From: Octopus bimaculoides
Lineage: Eukaryota
DNA length: 64,000 bases
NCBI RefSeq assembly: GCF_001194135.2
Contig: NC_069000.1
Span: forward strand, 44,006,054 to 44,070,053
Reading direction: 5' to 3'
Part shown: positions 56,129-64,000 of the stretch, piece by piece
Position numbering within the stretch: position 1 is the stretch's first letter
Layout of the letters: every line of letters begins with the position of its first letter
The notes under the pieces: model-generated
The model's database searches: none
What the model was told of the DNA's origin: nothing
Seen by the model: only the letters and a program-made list of their open reading frames with translations
Translations under genes and position numbers: made by a program

Positions 56129-59100
56129 ATGTCAAGTGATAGCGATGATGAGGAGAAAACCATTACCCTCTTGCTGTCGGATGATAATACTTTGGAGAAA
56201 AGTCCAGAGAGAAAAGAAGAGGCCTCTGCAAATGATGAGAATGTCACTGATAGCAATGCACCAGCGTCACCTCCTGCTCCGACCCTCAGGCCAAGGGCCG
56301 CTAAGAAATCTGCTAAAATGTTGAACAAATTGTTGAGTTCCAGTCAGGAACCAAGGAGGCGACCTGTCAGAAGCACAAGACCAAAACGCAAGTTGCTAAC
56401 TGAGCTCCGACCCTATAAATGTGAATACTGTGGAAAATACTTCCCGAAGGCCAAGCAGTTGTCCATACACGTGCGCACTCACACCGGCGAGAAACCATAC
56501 AAATGCGAGCAGTGTGACCGTGCGTTCACTCAGTCACATCACCTCGTCACTCATCTACGAACTCATACCAAAGACCGCCCTTACCCCTGCGTCTGCTGTC
56601 CCCGGGCATTCACCACATCCAGTAGTCTCACTCGTCACGTACGCACTGCTCATCTACACGAACGTCCCTTCAAATGTACATATTGTGACAGGGCCTTCGC
56701 ATTTCAGGATCGCTTGGACTCCCACATTCGTACCCATACCGGTGTAAGGCCCTTTCAATGCCCCTTATGTCCACGTGCATTTGCTGTCTCCTATCGACTA
56801 ACTGCTCACATTTTCATCCACCGCCACGGCAAACCCCACAAATGCTCATACTGTCCCAAAGCGTTTGCCGTTGCTTCTCATCTGACAAAACACATTCGTG
56901 TGCACACTGGTGAACGTCCATTCAAATGTGTGCACTGCGAGAAGTCGTTTACCCAGCCATATCACCTGACCATACACCTGAGGAACCATTCCGGGGAAAG
57001 ACCTTATAAATGCACTTACTGCACTGAAGCGTTTAAACGATCTGGTGACTTGCGTGCTCACATCCGAATCCATACAGGTGAGAGGCCATTCCAGTGCAAA
57101 GTTTGTGGGAAACAGTTCACACAGTCAAGTAACTTGTCGAAGCACCAGAAAATACATACCAATGACCGTCCTTTCCGGTGCTCTCACTGTGATCGTGGTT
57201 TCATCCGAGCCAGTAGTGTCATTGCCCACGAAAGGACACACACTGGCGAGAAGCCATACAACTGTGGCCTGTGTCCCAAAGCTTTCATGTCTATGGGGAG
57301 TCTGACAAAGCACGTCAAACTGAATCATGGCGGAGAAGACGGCGTCGATTCCAACGAGGCTTTTGCTAAATCTTACAAGTGCGAGTTCTGTCCTGAAGCA
57401 TTCCGAAGGCGCTGGGAGTTGAAGGACCACTTTCAAAAGACCCACTCGAAAGACAGACCCTATAAATGTGACCAGTGTGACAAAGCTTTCACTCAGAGTA
57501 CCCACTTAACCTCCCACAAACGCACGCATGTATCAGAGTCCACTGTTACCACCAAAACATCTGTCAACTCTGCAGATGATGCTGAAAAGAAACTTGGTTC
57601 CGATGGAAACGCTGACAATCAGAATGGTGGCAGCCAAGATGGTACTGGATCTGAGACAAAGTCTTCAACTGCTGATATAAAACCTGAGAAACCCTTCAAA
57701 TGTGAATACTGCACCTACACATGTCGACGGCGGCACGACTTGACAAAACACACCCGCAAACATACAGGAGTTTCGCCCCACCAGTGTGAGTTCTGTGCCA
57801 AGACCTTTACTCAGCGAGGAAACTTACTGTCACACAGACGCATACATACTGGCGAGAAACCATACAAGTGTGACTACTGCGAAAGTCGGTTCCGCTCCAG
57901 CAGCCATTATAGTACACATCTAAAACTACACACCGGAGACATGCACAAATGTCAACACTGTGGTAAGCAGTTCACAAAACTCGATCATTATCAGAAGCAT
58001 TTGCGAATTCACACCGGCGAGAAACCCTTTCGCTGCGAATATTGTGGGAAAGGGTTTTCTGCTTCCGAATATTTGACTGTACATCTACGCATTCATACAG
58101 GAGTTAAACCCTACAACTGCAGCCACTGTGGAGAAGCATTCAGGCGTGTTGGAGACCTGCGTGTCCACGAAATGATTCACACCGGCTACAGGCCATACAA
58201 ATGTCAGTTTTGTGAAAAAGGGTTCCGGAAGTCTTACGGTTTGACTGCCCACCTGCGTAGTCATACTGGCGAACGCAACCACAAGTGCGAGCTGTGCAAC
58301 AAGTCGTATGGGACGGCATCACATCTCAAGCAGCATCAGCTTGTTCACAACACCGATCGTCCGTACAAGNNNNNNNNNNNNNNNNNNNNNNNNNNNNNNN
58401 NNNNNNNNNNNNNNNNNNNNNNNNNNNNNNNNNNNNNNNNNNNNNNNNNNNNNNNNNNNNNNNNNNNNNNNNNNNNNNNNNNNNNNNNNNNNNNNNNNNN
58501 NNNNNNNNNNNNNNNNNNNNNNNNNNNNNNNNNNNNNNNNNNNNNNNNNNNNNNNNNNNNNNNNNNNNNNNNNNNNNNNNNNNNNNNNNNNNNNNNNNNN
58601 NNNNNNNNNNNNNNNNNNNNNNNNNNNNNNNNNNNNNNNNNNNNNNNNNNNNNNNNNNNNNNNNNNNNNNNNNNNNNNNNNNNNNNNNNNNNNNNNNNNN
58701 NNNNNNNNNNNNNNNNNNNNNNNNNNNNNNNNNNNNNNNNNNNNNNNNNNNNNNNNNNNNNNNNNNNNNNNNNNNNNNNNNNNNNNNNNNNNNNNNNNNN
58801 NNNNNNNNNNNNNNNNNNNNNNNNNNNNNNNCAAGAACAAATGCAATCTGTGTGGCGTGCAATTCTCCGACACTGACCAACTAAACAAGCACCTGTGGGC
58901 CTGTTTCTTAACGCTGGGAAGTTCCAGTCAGCCTCCTCCAGAGAACGCGCAAGTGGCTAGTTCCTCAGAGGAGGCTAACCTGTCCGAACCGTGCAACGAT
59001 CTAACGTCGCCACCACAGCCACTGCCGCCACCGCCGCCGCCACCACCACCACCACCATTACAACCCAGTAACAACATGAAAAATGAAGTGGCCCCTAGAT

Positions 59101-59240
59101 GGCAGCACCCAAGTACAAACTACTCTATGAACCGTATCATTTCCAAGACTGTTCCCCCTGTGCCACCTCCTGGGGCAAATTCACAAAATGCCGATTCTCA
59201 ATGCACTTACGAATATGCTGGCAACATGTTTTTGTTATGA
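56129..59240 (+). CDS. Multi-C2H2 zinc-finger protein with apparently single-exon CDS (gap 58370-58831)
   Basis: ATG at 56129 follows an acceptor ending at 56123. There are 13+8 canonical C2H2 fingers with TGEKP-type linkers before the gap. After the gap come a C-x2-C...H-x3-C finger, a Pro-rich tail and a stop ending at 59240. The frame offset across the gap is attributable to the estimated gap length. Confidence 0.92.
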
Positions 59241-60488
59241 AGGTCGTCATCGTTCCCAGCTTGGGCAGTAACAAGAGAGAATTGGGCTTAAATGCCTCTA
59301 CACCAGTTTCAGTTTCGTCGCTCCACACATTCAGTATTTCTCGCCACCACAACCATACTGGGGGCTAAGTTTGACTTTTAAACCCCTGCCCATGACAGGC
59401 AGGGTGTTATGTGGAACGATAAAACTAACACCATCAAAGTACCCCACTACCAGTTGACAATGATACAGCAAGAGACAATGCGTTCTTCAACTGAAAAACC
59501 AAAGCAACCCTACCCTAAACACCTACCCACTTAACCACCTTCTTCTTTCCAAACTCTGACCTACGATCTAGGTTTTGTTGCTGTTTTTTGTTTTCTGTTT
59601 TGTGGGGGAAGTGCTCCCTTGAAACTTGGAGGACCTTCTGGCTAAACCTGATTCTGCACCAAACTGTCTGTGACATATTCTTTAATTATGTTTTCGTTCC
59701 TAAACTTTTAATTAGTCCCTCACTGAACCTTCGTTTTTTTTTTCCCCCTTGCCTTTATTTGTACTGGCCGGGTGTCCCCTAGTCATAAATAGAAATCAAA
59801 GTTCCTGTCTTTCTCTAGTTAATCCTTTCTCTGAATCTCTTGGTCAGCCCCTAATTTCTAACTCAACTCTAAAAAGATCCCAAGTTTCAGCTGAGTATAT
59901 CTTTTATATGTGAGAAGACTTGAAGTAAACAATTTGACCAAGTCCCTACCCAGCCCCTTACTCATCACCCCCTCCATTTGTTTTTGTTTTTGTTTTTACT
60001 CTTGTGGGTTTTTTTTTATTATTCATCAGAGACAAATGTGATGTATCGACATTGATGAACACTTAACCAGTTAGACATCAACCAACATCACAGCTTCTAC
60101 CACCATCACCATCATCGCTACATGACTAGTAATATGTGATCCATGATCTGTGTCTTGGTAACTTGATCGTTACATACAGCAATGAAACAATCAACCCCTG
60201 TATCACACAGGAATTTGGAGTCTGTGTGTGTGTGTGTGTGTGTGAGCTTCAGTGAATTAGATGCTTTTTGTCAAGTGATGTAGGTTATAAATATGTGTTA
60301 AACAATCTGGTTGATAAATGTGTGCATACACGTGTGTGTGTGTGTGTGCCAGTTGATCAGGCTTATTGTATGTGTATCAAATGATCTGATGTGTTTATAA
60401 ATATGTTTCGTTTTCATCTGGCTTCTAAATATGTGTGTATGTTTGTACCAAATTGTCTGGTTTATACATAAGTGTGTGACTCAAATGA

Positions 60489-60539
<51 letters not shown>

Positions 60540-61443
60540 GTATATATGTGTGTTAAATGGTTTGGTATGTTTAAATGTATTTAATGCCATAACAACCAAC
60601 ATTGGAGAGGTGTTACAACCAGACGAAATCTCCGAGTGGTTTAAATACACAAGTCTCCGATATCCAAGTGGTTAAAAAGTGTCAGCAGAAAAGCACCTAA
60701 GAGTCATGACCTGGATGCAGCCCAGCCCCCTTAGAGTGTAAGAAGTTAAGGGCTGAAATACTTGCCTAAGGAAGGAGATTCTTCATTGAAGACCTACTGC
60801 TGTTCAGCTCTCTTGAGAGTTCCTTACCACTGTATGTAACATCAGTTGATCTGGCTTTTGTGTGTGTGTGTGTGTGTGTGTGGAATTATCTGATTATGTC
60901 TATGTGTTGAGTGATCTTGCTTATAAATATGTGTGCATCAAGTTATCTAGCTTGCATGTGTGTCAAGCGACCCAAATCATTTCTGTGTTCTGTGATCCAA
61001 AAGCCTGTCTGCATTAGTAATGCTCATTTATCCAGACTTTATGCTTCTGTAAGCCACCAGATGGTGCAAAACCTCTCTCTAATCCGTAATGTGTATGTCT
61101 TTAAGACGTAAACTCTCTCAGCCTCTATAATCCAAACTGCATGTGCTTCTCTGACCCTAACTTTGCATGCTCCTGGATTCCAGGACACATGTGTCCTGCA
61201 ATCAATATGGTTGATGCCTTAGCAATCTCCACCATATATGACTCAGCAATCCACTCTGTATGTGTCCTTGTGATTTAGGCTGTGCAAATACACTATCCAG
61301 GCTCTGTTGGCAACTGTGATCCAGACTGCTATTGTCTATGGTCCACACACACACACACACACATATATGTATGTGTTTGTATATATCATCATGTTATAGG
61401 GGGCACATGCACTTTCACACATATGTGTGTGTGTATGTTTGTA

Positions 61444-61554
<111 letters not shown>

Positions 61555-61567
61555 GTTATTATTATCA

Positions 61568-61598
<31 letters not shown>

Positions 61599-64000
61599 CA
61601 TTGTTATTAGTCAATGAACTTGTCACGAGATAAGCTGTTTTTGTTAAATACCTTTGTTGACAATTGATAAACGTCTCTTTTTTGTAAAAAANNNNNNNNN
61701 NNNNNNNNNNNNNNNNNNNNNNNNNNNNNNNNNNNNNNNNNNNNNNNNNNNNNNNNNNNNNNNNNNNNNNNNNNNACAACCCCAGCAGTTCCATCTTTCC
61801 CTCTCCCCCCACACCGATTGAACCTCCAAATAACCAATTGACCCTCTATGTGCTGACCATTGTCCACTTCAACATTTTATCCTCTTGCAAAATATTCCAA
61901 CTTCAAACCCAATTCAGTGTCAATCCATTCATGACCACTTCTTTGAATATTATCATGCAAATTCATTCCCCCACCTTTTTTTTTTTTTTTCAGCTTTTAA
62001 ATGTTCATTTAAATTAAATTTTTCCTTCATAGTTTTGTCAAAAACTTCTTCTTTCTGTTCTTAACAGTGGTTTAATATTGACAGAGTCACTTCACTAAAC
62101 CCTTCTAAATTCAAGACTCTTTCAGAAAGACTTTGGGTATATTTCATTAGGAATATGGTCATAAAAGGCTTGAGCCAACTTTCCAAAGACTTATCTGGGT
62201 GGCTGAATCGGGTCTGGTGATGGCACATAACCAAATGGTTAGGATATTGCACTCGTGGTCACAAGGTCATGGTTTCAATTCTTAGAACTGGCTGTGCATT
62301 GTTTTCTTAATTGAACCACTCCATACAAGCATAGGAGCATTGAAAAATATGTAAAGAAGTCACTTGACTGGTGTGTCTTGAAGTGCATACTGCTTTAAGT
62401 AATAGCTTATGATATATTAGATTAAAAAGGTGGAGAGCTGGCAGAAATGTTACCACGCCGGGCGCAATGCTTAACAGTATTTCATCTGTCTTTATATTCT
62501 GAGTTCAAATTCCGCCAAGGTCGACTTTGCCTGTCATCCTTTCAGGGTCGATAAACTAACTACCAGTTGCATACTGAGGTTGATCTAATTGACTGGCCCC
62601 CTCCCGCCAAAATTTCGGGCCTTGTGCTTAGAGTAGAAAAGAATATATTGGATTAAAAATCTCTGAAACAGAAAAGCAATGGAAAGTTACTTGCAGGGTT
62701 TGAACCATGAAATTCTTTGTAACCATGGCAGGTGCGTCACCTAGTGGACCAAAGTAATGCCATTGAATTACATATTTTAACCTCACAAATAAGTTTACAT
62801 CTACAACACAAGTGTAGAAGCATTGTGAAATATGTAAATAAATCATTAAACAGTGTCTTGACATGTATAATAGTTTATAATATACTTGGTTAAAAACCTT
62901 TGAATAATAAAAAGGGTGAAAGCTATCTGCGGGCACTTGGACCACACCATATATGTGTAATCAGAATATGCATAGTTTGGGTCCTGCAAGTAGTTTTTGC
63001 CTTTCTCCCATCGAAAGGGGTTTTTACTTTTTCTGCATATTTAGAATGCAAGGGTGACCGGGTAGATAGGTGTATGCACCCAATAACTAAAACTGGAGTA
63101 TCTGGAAGCTAAACATGTTGTCTCTGTCTTGCAGAAAAAAAATCACAAATCAAATTTCATAAATATGAATAAGTTTGTTCACCCTGGGGCTGATGTGAAT
63201 TTAGACTGTTTTTTTTTTTTAAAGGCAAATACAAATGGAATCTTTACTGATAGTGTCAAGGGGCCCCGTATGAGATATTAGAATTCAGATGTTCTTCTTC
63301 TGGCATAAAATTTTACTAGTTATCAGATTGCCAGTTGGGCAGAGTTAAGTTTTGACTGTTCATATCCTGCTCCCGCTGGCATTTGTGTTGCGTGTGTGAG
63401 AGGCCACTCCACTTCATCATTCTCCATGGCAACACTGGTGTGACAACAAGTACGGTTGGCAAGTGTTTTTTGTTTTTGTTGCTGTTGTTGTTGTTGTTTA
63501 ACCCTGGGTCAGTCATAGTCTAGAAGCATTGCTGAAATTATGATGGTAGGGTGTAATTTAAGGGAGATTTGGTTGCTATTTCTTGCTGCTTAAAACAGTG
63601 GACGCCCAAACCTAGGCTTCTCAAAGGAAAATTTGGGGTTCCATGAGCTGAATTGAAGAGGTGCCAAGGGAGCAACACCTTCCAAAGGCCTCAGGTTCTG
63701 TGAGAGAATCCATTTAAATCAAAGAGAGGAAGCCATTGATAATACTAAAGGTTTTGTTAGTTTGCTGTCATGAGTTCAAGCCCTCTTGTTGCTTGTGTAT
63801 ATAATATTGCTAGTTTAGAAGGCGGAGGGTTTGGCCTACACTAACTAGATTCAGTGCATGAGGACTAAAATAGCAGCACTGACCTTTACAAGTGGGTTCT
63901 TGCAAACTTGGCAACATTCCTCAGCAAGAACAATGACATTTACCTCTTAAAATACCCCAACCCACTACACACACGCACGCGCACTTCGACCCCCCCCCCC

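Overview
Eukaryotic, AT-rich, microsatellite- and SINE-dense DNA with assembly gaps. The SINE families and the intronless C2H2 array suggest an octopus/cephalopod scaffold (inference). I traced three protein-coding genes by hand, checking every splice junction for GT-AG and phase. (1) + strand, 25 to >32227: at least 26 coding exons, >=1142 aa. Signal peptide, three LRP-type YWTD beta-propellers separated by two EGF modules, a short linker, a Sushi/CCP domain, then a glycine-rich domain of the ALK/LTK or phage/bacterial type. No LDLa repeats, TM segment or NPxY are visible, so it looks like a secreted mosaic protein I cannot match to a named family. (2) - strand HAUS5 (augmin subunit 5), 17 coding exons, 47541 to 33708, about 640 aa. 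(3) + strand C2H2 zinc-finger gene, 56129-59240, with >=21 canonical fingers, head-to-head with HAUS5 across a YY1/NRF1-type promoter region. Best leads: the YWTD-EGF-Sushi-Gly-rich architecture; a tRNA-headed SINE family carrying a Penelope-type minimal hammerhead ribozyme motif (one copy with an intact core); a TIR element with a palindromic telomere-repeat core; a (TAA)n-targeted Dong/R4-like LINE; and two splice-donor duplications. No database searches were run, so family names are from recalled motifs.
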